A stretch of DNA of 63,802 nucleotides, filler included, from Choristocarpus tenellus KU-1152 (GCA_964200185.2; 8 parts of 8 records of this genome joined end to end with filler, not necessarily neighbours in it); one strand, 5' to 3'. Positions 13,461 to 27,614 are shown, counted from the whole stretch's first letter. Translations and numbers: made by a program. The notes: a model not told the origin generated them from the letters alone.

Positions 13461-16038
13461 ATGTATGCCCTGCGTTGGATTGCTTGCTTGAATAATTAGT
13501 GCGGTCGGTGGAGTCGTTTGACTGTCGATGGTGGAGATGGTAGAAAAAAATAGTACTTCGAAGTAGTTTTTACGGAGCGGCGTTTCATCATCATTATGGA
13601 TGGTTGACTGACTGAGAAGAAGTTATATTTTCCCATATTATTAATTTTTTTATCAATTATTGCTATCGTAGCCAAGTAGAAGAAAAAGCCACCACTGAGC
13701 GCATATAAGTATTGACATTATATGATGATCGACCTCTTTGTACAAATATCTCAGTCATGCCCGAGATATCGTCTGTTGCGATCTGCCCTCCCCCACCCAC
13801 CCTGTCAGATACACCGATCTGCATTTATCTATTTTCTCGGGCAAGTTGTTGGACTTGTAACTCACATTACAGTGGGCAAACGGGGCAAGGGGTAGGTGGA
13901 AGCGCGGGACACACGCGGCAGGCAGTTTCCCATATTAGCTTAAACCTCTGCTCAACGTACCTTAATTACACTACAAGTTCATTTGGATCGCCATTACTGC
14001 AAACCTCTTCTTAGGTTAGGTTCCCAATTCCCTTCACCTTCCCACAGGCATGTACGCCACTTCTTACGTCAGGTATCACGGATGACACCTTCTTCGATGA
14101 TCCAAAACTCCATCGCACCTGTCCAGCTGCCTGGTCCCCATCGTACAACCGCCGTCCACAGCCTGTTCTCCTGCCCTCCCTACCCAAATCCTGACATTCC
14201 CAGTTGTCGTCAGTTTGGAGGTTCACAGAAGCAATAACAACGAGCAACTAGCGGGTGACTTGATCAACACCCCCTAACGAGTACGACTCGAAGCCCTTCA
14301 GATTCAATTACACTGGCACCTTCATCCACTTCTGAGTTTGCATCACATGTTTCTTTGTTCTGGTGGGTATTGACTATTTTTCTTCCAATGTAGTTCCCTA
14401 GGTTGTCTTCCTTACTTCTTGCCTTTACTTTGTTTACGAATTCTGGACCAATTAATTAGCGCCATCTTAGCCCTTCGTATATTCTACTCCTCCTCGAGCA
14501 ATATAGCATCACTTCTTCCTTCCCTCCGCACACTATCCTCGTTACCTCACAAACTATGCGGCCAATTCCGCATTTCCAGTGACCAACCAGTGCGATCAAT
14601 CTTCACCACTGTTTCCAGCCACCAATTGATGCAACCAATTTCCGCGAATTTACTCTACCTTCCTCCACAACACTCTCTAACACCCCACTATACACCACAC
14701 CATTCTCTACCTCACCATTCTCTACCACATCACACCACTCAAGAACACTCCACAACACTTGACATTAATTCAAGAACACCCCCCAATCATCCTCTTCAAT
14801 ACTGTGCCTTTGAACTAGAAGACATCTACCCCGCCTGAACTTGACCTCCCATTTGGGTTGATGTACTAAGAAACACCACACCACACTACAATATTCAACT
14901 CACATCTACGCAGAGCATGTCATAAGATTTATCATCCTGAATCCATCTGAATCGAATGCATCGTACACGTAAGCAAAATGCGTAGACTACGAGCAATGAG
15001 GAATCATGGTGTTGCAAAACACCAATGAGTGATATGCGTAGTCTATGTTATGGATATATGTGATTGTGCTGCAAAGCACCAATGCATTTATTCTGCTGTA
15101 ACTGAGGTCATTGATCTCCCAGTCAAGAATGATGCAACGTGAATTCAATGTTCTTTCATAAGATGCTCAACGAAAGAAGTCCATGCTCTGTGGAGAGGCT
15201 TGTTACCTTGGCTGGCAATAGTTTCCGTGGATGGTTTTAACTCTGATTATATTACATCCATATGTGTGTTTCGTACACTGTTTGCAGAGTGAGCTTTGGT
15301 GCATTGTGATAATCAATGGCAGTCATGAAAGGAATAATAATCAACAATCAACGTACAACTGTCATCTTCTGCTGATAAGAAGAAAGAGTGAATGAAAAAA
15401 AACAAGGGAACAACAGAACAAATTTGAACCAATGTGTGATACAACTCAAGCAACGTATACTATTCTTGTATGTGGAACGCAGAGCGAATGTTCTGTACTA
15501 CGGTGTTCTGATGGTAATTGATGTGGTGATGATGAACTTGTGATGGTAATGTCCAGAGCGTAACAGACCAATCAACAGTCAGTGTTGACTGGTGGGATTT
15601 GTATCCTATCAACGAACCAACAGATGAGTAACCTATGTTTTAACAGACCATATCACAAACCCAACACATGACCACATCACCCATCTCCCGCATTCACCAC
15701 CAACTCAGCTCTCTGCAGCTGGCCCACCCACAGTCCCGCCAATCCACACCACCCCAATCCCTGATCACACCATCAACCCACATTCAACTCAAGCCACACC
15801 CTCCACAGACCCAACACAAATCACTCTCACACCTCCCCAACACCCCCTCCCCACACACGACCCACCTTAAAACCCAAACACTTCTTCCACATACTCAGCC
15901 ACAACCAACCCCATGCACCTTCCATGCACACCCACCCAAGTCCAATTCCAGTGAACCACTTCACCTTGCCCACTCCACATACACCCTTAGCCTCCTTGTT
16001 GGGTCATCCCATAAGTTGCCCCGCTAGTGCCAAGCTCG

Positions 16039-16365
16039 CCAACCCCAAGGCTTACTTCGTTCGTGTACGCAGACGACATGGACATCACTACCTACAACTC
16101 CAGTACGTATTTTGTTAGTGTACGCAGAAGACATGGACATCACTACTACAACCCTAAGGCTTACTTCGTTCGTGTACGCAGACAACATGGACACCACTGC
16201 CTACTACTCCAGTACTTATTTCGTTCGTGTACGCATAAGACATGGACATCACTACTACAACCCCAACGCTCACTTCGTCCGTATACGCAGATGACATGGA
16301 CATCAGTGCCTACAACTCCAGCACGTATTTTGTTCGTGTACCCAGACATGAACATCGCTGTCTGC
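16039..16365 (+). repeat. 54/55-bp tandem repeat (6 units, alternating A/B dimer) encoding FVYADDMDI
   Basis: Core TTCGTTCGTGTACGCAGACGACATGGACATCACTAC, separated alternately by TACAACTCCAGTACGTAT-type and TACAACCCTAAGGCTTAC-type 18-mers. Confidence 0.9.
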
Positions 16366-17277
16366 CACTCCAATGTCCAAGCACAACTAGTAGACGTCCT
16401 GCACAAGAACTTGCCACAAACGTACTTTCACGACCTTTAATTTCGATGTGTTCCTTCCCCACAGCACAATCACTCTTCATCACGTCTCCCTTTGTATCCC
16501 TGTAGAATTATGTTTCACCCACAACAAACATCGTCATCGCCTTTTTTACTTTAACGTATTCAAGATTCCTTTACTCTTTTGGAATTGATAATCATTTTCC
16601 TTCATTCTTTTGTAGTTTTTTCACCTTTTGGTTCGACTTCTCTTTCATTTATCGTTTATGTCATTTCCGTTTGTAGCCGTACGTTACACTCCTTCAGTAG
16701 TGTTCCACTTCTTTCAGTTGGGGAAGGGTGTTAAAACATAGGCTACTCATTCGATTTGCTTTGATACGATACAGCGTCGTCAGTCCATACTGAACGTTGA
16801 TTTGTCCATTGCAATGGTCGCTATTCCCATTTACACCATTAGCTCATTAGCTCATCATCACAACTCACTGAGAGGATCACAACATATAGGAAGCATAGGA
16901 ACAGTCGCTAACTATCACTCACACAAGGCATACTATGTTTAACAGTGGTTACGTTAGAGATACGGATTCAAGCTTGGCTTCTACTTTCTTCCTCGTGTTA
17001 TTTCTTTTTCACCTAAGTTATCAGTTGCATAGCATGTGTTGATTCTTATTTTTTACTTGACTGGCATTGCCCACCATAATACATCCTGTTTACTCTCAAC
17101 AGATATAAGACACACGCCTGGATACAGTATAAACAGAGTTAAAACCATACTTCGAAACCCTTCTCTGCCAAGGTGATAACCCTCTTCAAAGAGGACGAAT
17201 TGTTACAGGCGCCCCTCAATGCTCACCTTCCAGGATGTACAACTCAAATCCAACGACCTCAAAACGATGCTATGGAG

Positions 17278-17377
17278 NNNNNNNNNNNNNNNNNNNNNNN
17301 NNNNNNNNNNNNNNNNNNNNNTTAATTAATTAANNNNNNNNNNNNNNNNNNNNNNNNNNNNNNNNNNNNNNNNNNNN
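17278..17377. other. Artificial contig spacer
   Basis: 44 N + TTAATTAATTAA + 44 N. Confidence 0.98.
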
Positions 17378-20300
17378 TTTTCACCCTTCCCCCTCCCCCA
17401 CCCCCCCTTCCTCCCCCATATCCCGACATCGGATCTTCAGCCCACTCCGGCCTGAAACAGCTAAATCCTTATGCTTCTTCCCAAAGATCTCACGTGATCC
17501 TGTAGCTGCGTCGGATTTCCCCTTGTTGCACAGGATGTAGAGGATATGGAGGGATGACAAGGTGAGGTGTCTTCACACCCAAACAAAGGTTTCTATGAGA
17601 AGAATGGCTTCAATATTTTGAGTTTCGAAGGATAACTATCCTTAAGTGTCAATAATTATGACAGAAACAATATATAAATCATAAACTATAAACACATCAA
17701 AAACATAATACTTGTATCGTAGTCAAATAGTAAATAGATTTTGGAGATACCTTTCACATTTACAAGTGTTACTTTTACACAAGTCCTTACGATATTGAAT
17801 TGATTTTAAAATATCAGAGGGCATAATAATATATATTAGCTGTATCTTCCTCGGCAAAAAAGGTTAAAGATGGTAAAATCATTTTTTTACTGTAGCTGAC
17901 TTGAGTCTTTGCTATAGTCTTAAACTGTCTTTCAGTCACCTTTCTCACCCCCTTCGTTATCCCCCATACCTCCTACTTGATATGTTGGAAGACTCAAGAA
18001 ACACACAGCCACAGTATGGTGAGGATCTACATGTCATCAATAGAATCGTGTAAGGACTAAGTAAGAGTTGAAGTCTAGAGTCAGTAGATAAGTGTCAGGG
18101 ACGGTTTTTCACAGTGGCAGTCTTAAGTAGTATAGTGTCTGTTTGTGTGGTAAAAGAGATCTGGCTCACAACTCCTGATGGAGCATCACAATTTCGAAAT
18201 TTAACCCTTCGGGATGGCCACGGTTAATCCGTCAATTGCCCTATGCTAAACCAGCTCATCAGTGATACGTTTTCCCAGCTGAGATATATCACGGAAGACC
18301 AAGTCAGTCTGGGGGTAAGATGGCAGCACAGACGGATGAGGTGCAAGGGCTGCCTCTAGTTGACCCCATTATCCGCGTGCACCAATGAGATTGAATTAAA
18401 TAGGTAGAATTGGCAAGGTAAAAAGTGGACTTGGCACTGGACAAGTGACAAATCCTCATACTACCTTTGACAGTCAACGCTAAAACATTATTTCTTCAGA
18501 TTTTGAAGCCCTACCTGGGGGGAGCTGGGCAGGAAAAGATACATCTCGCCTCTCTGCCACTCAGTGCCCAATCGACACAACATGTAATTCATGCATACTA
18601 CAGTACAAAGAAGGTGCCTATTCATCTCCAACTTTTGGGCCAGCACAGCATGCTGCTTCTATTTGTTCAACAACTTGTTGTGGGGGTGGGGCGAGAAAAC
18701 ATTTTGTTGAGTGTGATAATTGAATGTATCCTGTACGTAACGGCTGGAAAGTAAGAGTAGGCAGTGCTCCTATGATACACCGCCTTGAGGACTATTACTA
18801 TTGATTTTATAGACTTTACCCAGAGCAGTAAGGTGTTAGTGATTGTAGATACGCCAAAGATGTCATTCGCAGGAGTACCTCAACACACGGCTACCCATTA
18901 TATGTGAAAAAATGCATGAATCTTTATACTTCTTCACCAGCTGGCTGTACATGAACACGACAAACTGTTGTGACCTGACACGCAGAGCAAAACTTCCGGC
19001 GGACTCCCTCACCCTTAAGAAACTATACCGCACTTGTCTTGCCTTGTGTCAGAGCAAGAAATAATGTGGGCCTGTAGGAATGGTCGGTGGTAGGTCCTGT
19101 GAATGGGAAACAGGCACAACCTGGCACAAGGAGCAATGGACATCAAGAGTTGAGGAAACATGAAGATGTGCCACATGTGTTGCCCTAAGTCTTCAGGCAT
19201 CTTGGGCAATTAAATAAAACTAGTGAATGTGTTGTACTTGTCACTCAGCAAAACCAAATGGCACACAGTGGTTAATGCCAAAAATATCGCACCACATTCT
19301 TGAGGACAGCGAGCAGATTGATCTATGTCGGCTTGTACTGCTAGGTATTGAACCTGCGATAAATGATGTGTAATAATATGTAGTACTTTGTGTTGTGAAT
19401 CGAAATATTAGTTGAACATCTATTTTATCGGCTCAAAACATTTCAATGGTTGTGCTCAATCAGAATCGAGAGGGGTATGTAGTACACAAAGACAAGGCAT
19501 GTGAAGCGCAGAGTGTGACAGGGCAACCACAAAGAAATTTCCGCAAAGCACACAGTACACATAATACGTGCAAGAAATTAGCTCATAAGAATTCAAATAC
19601 TTGATTTACATCACCCTTTATCTTTGATTCAATTGAACAGAGCAACCGAGTTGTTTTGATTCACATCTGCAGTTGTAATGGTTCATTTTATCACCACCAC
19701 ATCATAGCTACAGAACATGAAGCTACCTCTGTGCAGGTGAACCTGTGGCAACCCCGCCATTGCACAGAATTGCTCAGCTTGTACATCTCCAAACTGAACT
19801 TCCATGGGGCACTAAAGGAATGAGGGTTTCTCACTATAAAAATGGAAGGTATGCATACTGAGCTGTATCTGAATAGGATCAAGTAGTAAGAGTACGACTT
19901 GCCACTGATTGGTGTACCCGAACCTCTGAAAACAATGCAAAGATGTGGTGAAATGCCATTGGATTAAAAAAAAAAAACTCAAGCTATCACAGTGGACACG
20001 TAACTTTCCTATTTCACTTGATTGGAAAGGTGCAGCACAGCACTTAACCCTAACCCCAGGTCACAACACTTTTGCATGTGGTGGATAAACACCACAAATA
20101 ACCTACTGGGTGTATCTCGCTTCACAACCAATTCATGTATCTCTTTGCATAGAGAGTGAGTGTTGACTCTTTGGCGGAGTCGACTGGAGATGACGATTTC
20201 ATTGGTATGTCAACAACTGGGTGTACATGGACTAAAGAGAACAAAGCCTGATGGAATAATGGTTGTGTCTTTGTTCGTGTGTCTTGTTTTGATATGGTTC

Positions 20301-21728
20301 TGATCCATTCTGGTTCGAAACCAATTCAACTCCACAGGCGCTACTCTCTCATCAACATAGATAAGTCAATGAGCCAGAGCTCAAATTGAATCTCCAACAG
20401 TGAAGAGCGCAAGCAGAGATCACAGTGTGCTACACTTTATTCTTGTTCACCGAAACCTTGTTTCGATCCAAATCGGACAAAAACATGAGCCCAGGTTTGA
20501 CTAGAGCAATCAAGTACATAACACTACGCTCAAAATGTCGTGCGGAGCAGGTGTAACATGTGTGCAATGAACTGCAAACAAAGCAAACAGAGCTCATGAA
20601 CGAGGAACTGCACTTTGGTACCAGCACCAAAATATACTAACACACCTAAATATCCTTGGTCAACCTGGCAAAGTCTCAGAGCGTCGAGCCACCACTAGCA
20701 TCATGGCACATGGGTGCAATTCTTCTACTCTAAACACCTGCACCAACATTTAACTTTCCAGCAACATTTGGCAGATTGATGGTGTCTAAAGGTTATAGGT
20801 AGAGGACTTCCCATGATACCTTGGCGCAAAACACTAACCCTAAACCTAACCCTAATACAACATCACGACAATTAAAAAAAAAAGTGAGGTTGAGACAAAA
20901 GAGTTCTACCTCCCATATATCGGTCAAGTGGTCTCATCAGCAAATCCGGAAACACTGGAAAAAAATAATAATGCACGATGTGCATGAACTTCACATAATG
21001 GAACAAAAACCAATATGTAGAAGACCTCCCCAATATATTGGGCAGAGTGTGAATCTATGCATTGGTGAGCTGGAACTCTTGGGGCGGCTATAACATATAC
21101 ATACTTAGATACATACAGACATACATACATGTCCTCATCAAATTTTACAATTGTAGATACCCTGGCCTCCACAAGCAAGAGCAAGAGGCCATTCAGTGGA
21201 TTCAATCCCTTATTCCAACAAGATCGCAATCGATCAGCACTTGTCCACATACCTGTAGAGTTAGTTGTATGTTGTGTCAGAAAAGGGGCATGTTGATGTA
21301 CATACACAACACTTCAATGCATAGGCTGGTTGCGGGATTTACGCCTTTCATCCTAAACAACAAGGTCATCCAGCCAACCTACACGACACCAGTGAAGCCT
21401 TGAGTCATGAGGCATGACACAAACATTATTTATGTGAATGTCATGTCTCATTGACCTTGAGCGAGAGGTGAGTGAGAATTAGACACGCATTGGTTGAGCA
21501 ACATGAATGGAAGTACGGTGCTTAAATATGCACTCCAGTCGGGTGTCCATCTAAAAACAAAATCTTGCTACTATGCAAGTATGTAGATGGTTGCAGGGTT
21601 TACACTCTGAAAATATATAATTTCTGTCCAAATATTTTATGGTACACCAGAACAACACAAGGGGCTGCAAACATACATCGAACTATAGCATCGCATATAA
21701 AAACAAATTTCTAATCGTAGCAAACCAC

Positions 21729-22544
21729 TCACTTTGTCATACTCGTGACGGTCTTTGCATGCGTTCCTCCAAGAGCGATATCCAAGGGATAATTTTTTTT
21801 CACCTTTCGAATGGCCAGGGATCGAGGATGGGGGTCAATGGGCCACTCCCAGGTATTGGATCGTAGAGCAGGAGCCCTGATCATCATATTCTCGATCCGT
21901 TTCCTCGCTGTATACACAACGTTGGTGTGTTCTTCATCAGCATCTTCGGAACTTTCGCACTGGTACACACCACACACTGGAGCTGGTGCTAACGGACCGC
22001 TATCATCGGTTGTTTGAAGTAAGAGGAAGTAATCATTGTACCTAGATACTTCCCTCGGGTGCGCCCCAGCAATAAGCAGTTCCTGTACGACGTGTGCATG
22101 ACCACCCAGAACAGCATCGCAGAGCGGCGTGGCACCTGTCTCGTTGATGACATCATGGCGTGCGCCTGCACCTAGCAATTCCCGGACCACATCTAGGTGT
22201 CCCTCGCTTGAGGCAATATGCAGAGGGGTTACTCCGTCTGTTCTCCGTGCTTCGCAGTTCACCCCAGCCCCTAGCAGTAACTGCACCATGTCCAAGTGAC
22301 CCTCTCTTGACGCAATGTGCAGAGGGGCAACGCCGTCCTCCATCTGCGTACCGCAATCAACTCCATTAATGCCCGAAAGTTCCTGAACTACCCGAACATG
22401 CCCTTTTAAGGTGGCAATAACAAGGGCGCCGTAAACTTCCTCCATTTGCACTCCACTGCCGACCCTCGCCGCCATTCGTTTTCTCACCTCCCCCACATGC
22501 CCATGGAAGGCGGCCACCATGAGAGGTGTCGATCCTGTATTCAT
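21729..22544 (-). CDS. Ankyrin-repeat protein (5 repeats), intronless
   Basis: Repeats TPLMVAAFHGHVGEV, GALVIATLKGHVRVV, APLHIASREGHLDMV, TPLHIASSEGHLDVV and TPLCDAVLGGHAHVV. The first in-frame ATG is at 22544; the frame stays open to 22583. Confidence 0.92.
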   Translation of the reverse strand: MNTGSTPLMVAAFHGHVGEVRKRMAARVGSGVQMEEVYGALVIATLKGHVRVVQELSGINGVDCGTQMEDGVAPLHIASREGHLDMVQLLLGAGVNCEARRTDGVTPLHIASSEGHLDVVRELLGAGARHDVINETGATPLCDAVLGGHAHVVQELLIAGAHPREVSRYNDYFLLLQTTDDSGPLAPAPVCGVYQCESSEDADEEHTNVVYTARKRIENMMIRAPALRSNTWEWPIDPHPRSLAIRKVKKNYPLDIALGGTHAKTVTSMTK

Positions 22545-23929
22545 TTCCAGTTGTTGTATACTCAATTCAGGGTTGATGTACAATGAGATCCTTTCCTATC
22601 CAAAAAAATGCACCTGATGCTGGAAAGTTCATAGCAACCATATAAAATAGAACAAAGTTTCATATTGTATTAGAGAAGTTGATTTAGAGTAATTATGGTG
22701 CACTCAAAATGCAATTTGTCAGTATCGGTACCTTGGATGATTAGAGCATACAGCTCAAGCTTGTAAGACCGTACTTTCGATTCACATGCGAGCCTTTCTC
22801 ATTTCGTGTTCCAGACTGACTTCATGTGCCCCCATGATTAAATTGCGCAGTCTATGATAAGTTTCTTACTTGTACGAAGTAGTATCGACAATAATGATTG
22901 CCTTTATTTATGTGTTTTCATTTGAAACTGTCATGTTATTATAATAGAGCAGTTAGTTGAAGTTATTAGGCGAGCTAAAGAGAGTCATCACAACAAGCTA
23001 TTAATATCCACCTCTATGTATCTGTGGTGAGCGCTGTTTGTAGGCTTTCAGACGTTACGAGGATACGATAAAAAAACCCCATCAGATGGGTGTATACCCA
23101 TTCACGGACTGAATCCTTGGTACTCGTGTGGCTGTCAAATATTTCTAGTGATTAACCTAAAATGGTGACAAGACACACAACCCAAAGAATTGTTTGAACA
23201 TAAACAATATTGGAGCAACGATTGGGTAAGTTAGCTAGTGACCCCAAGCAAAAATTATGGACATGTTCAATTAAGAAACCAAATCATTTGCCTGTTGTTT
23301 TTTGTGGTATACTCAGTACAACCTACTTGTGTCGAGTATTGGCTGAGAAGGGACAGCATTGGTTTAGTCATTCAGGGCAGGAGCCACATGGCACAACAAA
23401 TGGAGTACGCTCAAGGCACATGTCGTGGGCGACAGTAAGTCACATTCACCAGAGCAGTACTTCCTATTGTCAATATTAAAGTGTATTTCGGAAGGAGTTC
23501 GTAATATGTGTGCTTATCCACAGTACATGCAGTACTTCCCAACAACTCTCCTAAACCAATGCCCCACCCCCACTTACTGCCTTTTTTGTCAACAGATAAA
23601 TAGTGATGATACCTACCAACACAGTACAAGCTGACGGCAGTTTAAATCTCCGATATACCTCATTAGTTCATCTTGCCTTCATGTTGCCGTCCAACATAAC
23701 CCCCACTCTATTTACACACAGGAAAGCAAACCCATACAAACAGGCAACCAAAGTGTGTCCAACAAGAATCTCCCCTCTCACCAGCTATTACCTCAGTCCT
23801 TCCACCCCCAGCTAGACTCTTGCCATCAAACTGCACAGGTTTCGAAGGAAATTTCAAAGCAGGGTACTTCAATCAGCAGGCAGGCAGTCAGGCATGATTC
23901 ATGCACTACTATTGCCCCTCCTGACCACC

Positions 23930-24390
23930 CTACTCCTTTCCTACAGCTGCCTCAAAATATTGCATTTCAAACTTCGGATACACCCTTGGCTTAGGCAGAG
24001 TCTGAGGTGGAGATTGCATATAGCCACCATAGTACTCTGGTATGTGCAGCTGATCTTTGTCGGGTAACCTACTAGGTATATCCCCAGGCCCAATGCGACT
24101 GAGGAGCGCTTTGTCAATCATGAAAAGGAGCTCATCTTGTTGCCTGTCGGAGTTAAAAAGGTAGGGTCGACCACAACAAGGCATCAGGGCGATTGCATGC
24201 TGTCAATGAGGCATTCTCATGTTAAGTATAGGGGAAGGGAGTTAGAGATGTTTTCTCGAGGCCCAAAAATAGGATATGCCACACTGGGTTTGCCTCAGTG
24301 TCTACGTGCCCTCTTATACAAACTGGCGGAGGAAGCGACACACAAACCTCCGCCAAGGTCCAGCACTGCTGGCCGAGTTGGCTGCTAGAC
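23930..24390 (-). pseudogene. Possible eroded non-LTR retrotransposon RT fragment
   Basis: DQLHIPEYYGGY resembles the post-RT LHLPxxxGGLG motif of non-LTR elements. The frames are interrupted. Confidence 0.3.
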
Positions 24391-25289
24391 CTCTCACTAC
24401 CTCAGAATTACACACGGTATTCCTTTACCTTGAGATCACTTAGCACATTGAAGTATTCCAAGCACTTGCTACCACACCTGAATAGGCGGCTACACGCCAA
24501 GGATCAACAGGTCCCGATGTACCACTACAGCTTACACTCCACTCACTCATGTCCAACAATCTCTTGCACCCTTATCTACTGTACCTACTACAAACATGGT
24601 GCACTGTATACCTAGCTCTGCTGGCTTGTTTGTGTTCGTTCTGTAACTGTCCATTCCACTCTCTGCTGCCTGCAATTTTCAACCCGTTCATCAAGCCAAC
24701 TTAACACTTCCTTTCTGGTGTAGGTGGTATGCCAGTCCTCACAGGTCAATTACCTAGGCAATGAGTGCTACAAAGTGTACTCTATGGCAGGTGACTACGA
24801 TGTGTTGTGTGCATGAAAAAAAGGGGATAAATCTTGACCACAATTCTATGTTATGGATGAGGACTTCAGATGGAGACCTTGTAACAATACCGTAAATGTA
24901 TCATGGTTGTCTAATACTTCACTGTAATGCATTGCGTAGCAGTAGCTTCAGTCTAGATCATCCTCAACAAAACAAAGCTGTCTCGAGAATGGCATAGAAA
25001 TAATCAAGCTCCCTAACATTCGAAGTTTAGGACATCTAACTGAAACCGTTGGTCACACTCTAAACTCTGTGTACTGAACACAACAAAGTATCCACCATTT
25101 ATAATCATCCAGCCCCCCCCAAAAAATTATAGATCGATTTTCAAGTCCTCCAGGTTCCTACTTTCAACCACACCATTCACCACCCGCACCTGTCAGCCAG
25201 TTCCTTCTCAACATTGCATTCTAATTTGGGGAACCTGTTGACCATCCACCTGTACAGATTCAGCACATTATGCTTTGAACAAAGCTCTG

Positions 25290-25900
25290 ACAGTTGGTCC
25301 ACCTGAGCATGACACAGATACAGATGATTAGGAGGCATGAATTCTACACCAACAGATGATTTATCTATAGCAAGGGTGATAGCAAAAAGCCTTCAAAAAG
25401 AAAGAGGACCAAGTATCAAGAATAAGAACATTGACATTGGCACAAAACTTGAAGCAGCAGAGTGGACCATATGAGCCAAGTGCATGGATGGCGTCAAGGC
25501 TTTGCTATGGATTGGTCCAAGTTTTGAGGTTCTGTTTACTCAACACAAGTCGCAACTTACACAATAGTCAACCTGTATGCTGTGGGTTGCAAAAGGCAAC
25601 TTGCCGTATGTCATCTCCTCACAATCCAAACCTCTTGTCCCCTCCAGGTTCAACACAGGAGATTCAATCATTGAAGCATCCACATCCTCTCTTGCCTATT
25701 ATTGCAAACTTTCTACACTCCATTCCCACACACCCGATACATGTGATGTAACCACTAAACAAGACATTTTCGGTTTGATATGAGGTGACGGACCCTACTC
25801 CATCCCTCCTCTTTGGCAACAACCAATGAACCATTTGCGATGCAAACCACAAATGAGTAAGAAAGATTCAGGGCACTTTCACAGTCATGTAATAGGCCTC
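25290..25900 (+). pseudogene. Degenerate Ty1/Copia RT-RNase H remnant
   Basis: Frameshifted fragments VISSQSK..STQE..IEAS and DPTPSLLFGNNQxTIxDANH resemble the Copia RNase H motifs ISWxSKxQ..STxEAE and PTxLFxDNQxAI, in the expected order. Confidence 0.45.
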
Positions 25901-27440
25901 GATTTTTCAGGGACAGTAGCTGACTGTCCTGACCCTCAATTCACCGATTTTCAAACTCTCCTATTCTCAAAAGACGAAATCAATATCCCTCTTTGTCATC
26001 ATTGCCTCACTTCATTCCCACCATGTGCCCTGCCTGGGTTCACAGGTGGTGTCCCTGATAGGTGGGTGAATTTACTGGGCTCTGAGTTCAATTACGTTGG
26101 AGTTGTAGTCATATAAGGGTACCGCAAATATCCCCTGGCTCATGGCACACAGGTTCTTATGCACAATCAACTCTGACAAATGAACATTCTAGCAGTGGTT
26201 CTAATATAAGGTTGTCAACAGAATCAGGTATACCTCTATGGCAGAGTGGACATGAAGAAGTATGGGGGAGATTCTATGGTCCAATGAGGACAGTAGTACC
26301 TAAGGCCCGTAAAAAAAACTGTTTCTAAATATTTATTCTCAACGTTTCTTCCACGGATAAAACTCTTTCCGAACTGTACTCTGAGTCATTAGCACAACAA
26401 AATACCCAACAGCTGAAACGGCTGTGGGATCAATGCCTCAGAACTCCATTCAGCCTGGGCAAATTCCAACATGCCCCTCAGCATGCCTTCAGGCTCTGTC
26501 CCATAGGACTCTTGTGTAGCATCATTTTACAGCAGTGGCAGCAGCAGCAGCACACCCTTTTGAACCCGTTACAACATATCACACAATCTAAATACTGAAT
26601 CCCCCAAAGCAGAATGATAGCAATTTGGGCTTACGTTCTTTGGTGGCATGTTCCTGGGTGGGAGCCGAATGTTGTTTGAGGTTGGCACCCCCCCAGCGTG
26701 TGCCTCTGCAAAGACCCGGATCATCTTCATGACAAGATCGTCACTGACAAAAAACAAAACATAAAAAAAACGGGATGGCAAAAACAATGACACAATGCCT
26801 TAGCAGTAAACAGCAGTCTCTAGTGCAAAAAATACTTGGAGATGATGATACGGACTGGTGGAGAGAGACAACTGATTCACATATCGATTTGATAGCAACC
26901 ACAGGAAAACATGGGACACCTTGTTCAATATCAAGAACAGTACACTATCAATGCCGAGCAAAGCCTTTCAATTTCTAACAGGGACCTCAACCTTTAGGCG
27001 CCATGAAGAAGTAGGGTCTTTTAAATATATCATGCCCCTGAAAGCAAGTAGTATCATTCATTGTATGGTGTTGATTTAGTTGGAGGTAGAGTATGACTAA
27101 CCCTAACCCTAACCCTAAGTTGACGTTACATATATACAGAACTAACTTCCACCGCTTGTAGTAAAAGCATACCATCCATCATGGTCGCTGATTTCCAAGC
27201 AGGCAGAAAGCGGGAATTTCCGAATTAGTCGACAGCCCCCTCTGAAAAAGACCCCTACGTAAAATTGTTCTTGCTTGCTTTTTGTGAGGGTTGGGGTTAG
27301 GGTTAGGACCTTCTCTAGAGTTAGGGTTAGGGTTCTAGATGTGTGATTGTACGGACGCTCAAACCACCCTCGTGTACTTACACCTGGGTACTAGGTAGGT
27401 AGTGTCGTTACATCACACTTTCAATTGGAAGTGGACGATG

Positions 27441-27614
27441 GGCTCCAAGTATCTAGGGGGGGTGGCGGCAGCTGTCCATTTAGGGTTAGGGTTAGGGCAC
27501 AATCTTCAATGTTGCAATTTTTGTGTGATTTGGTGGCATGAGTCAAATGGATAATGTAAGGGCACTTCTCCTGGTCAGGTCCCAAATGGACACCCTGGTG
27601 TAGACCCCTCTTCC
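27441..27614 (-). mobile_element. MITE copy, truncated by contig end, with internal TTAGGG tract
   Basis: GGCTCCAAGTATCTAGGGGGGGTGGCGGCAGCTGTCCA...GGACACCCTGGTGTAGACCC is the reverse complement of the family sequence. Confidence 0.8.

Noticed and set aside
16039-16365. CRISPR array
   Set aside because: Spacers are 18 nt and alternate between two related types, the context is eukaryotic, and no cas genes are present.
18100-19360. Possible decayed transposon nuclease gene on the minus strand
   Set aside because: Only faint, frameshifted motif resemblance.
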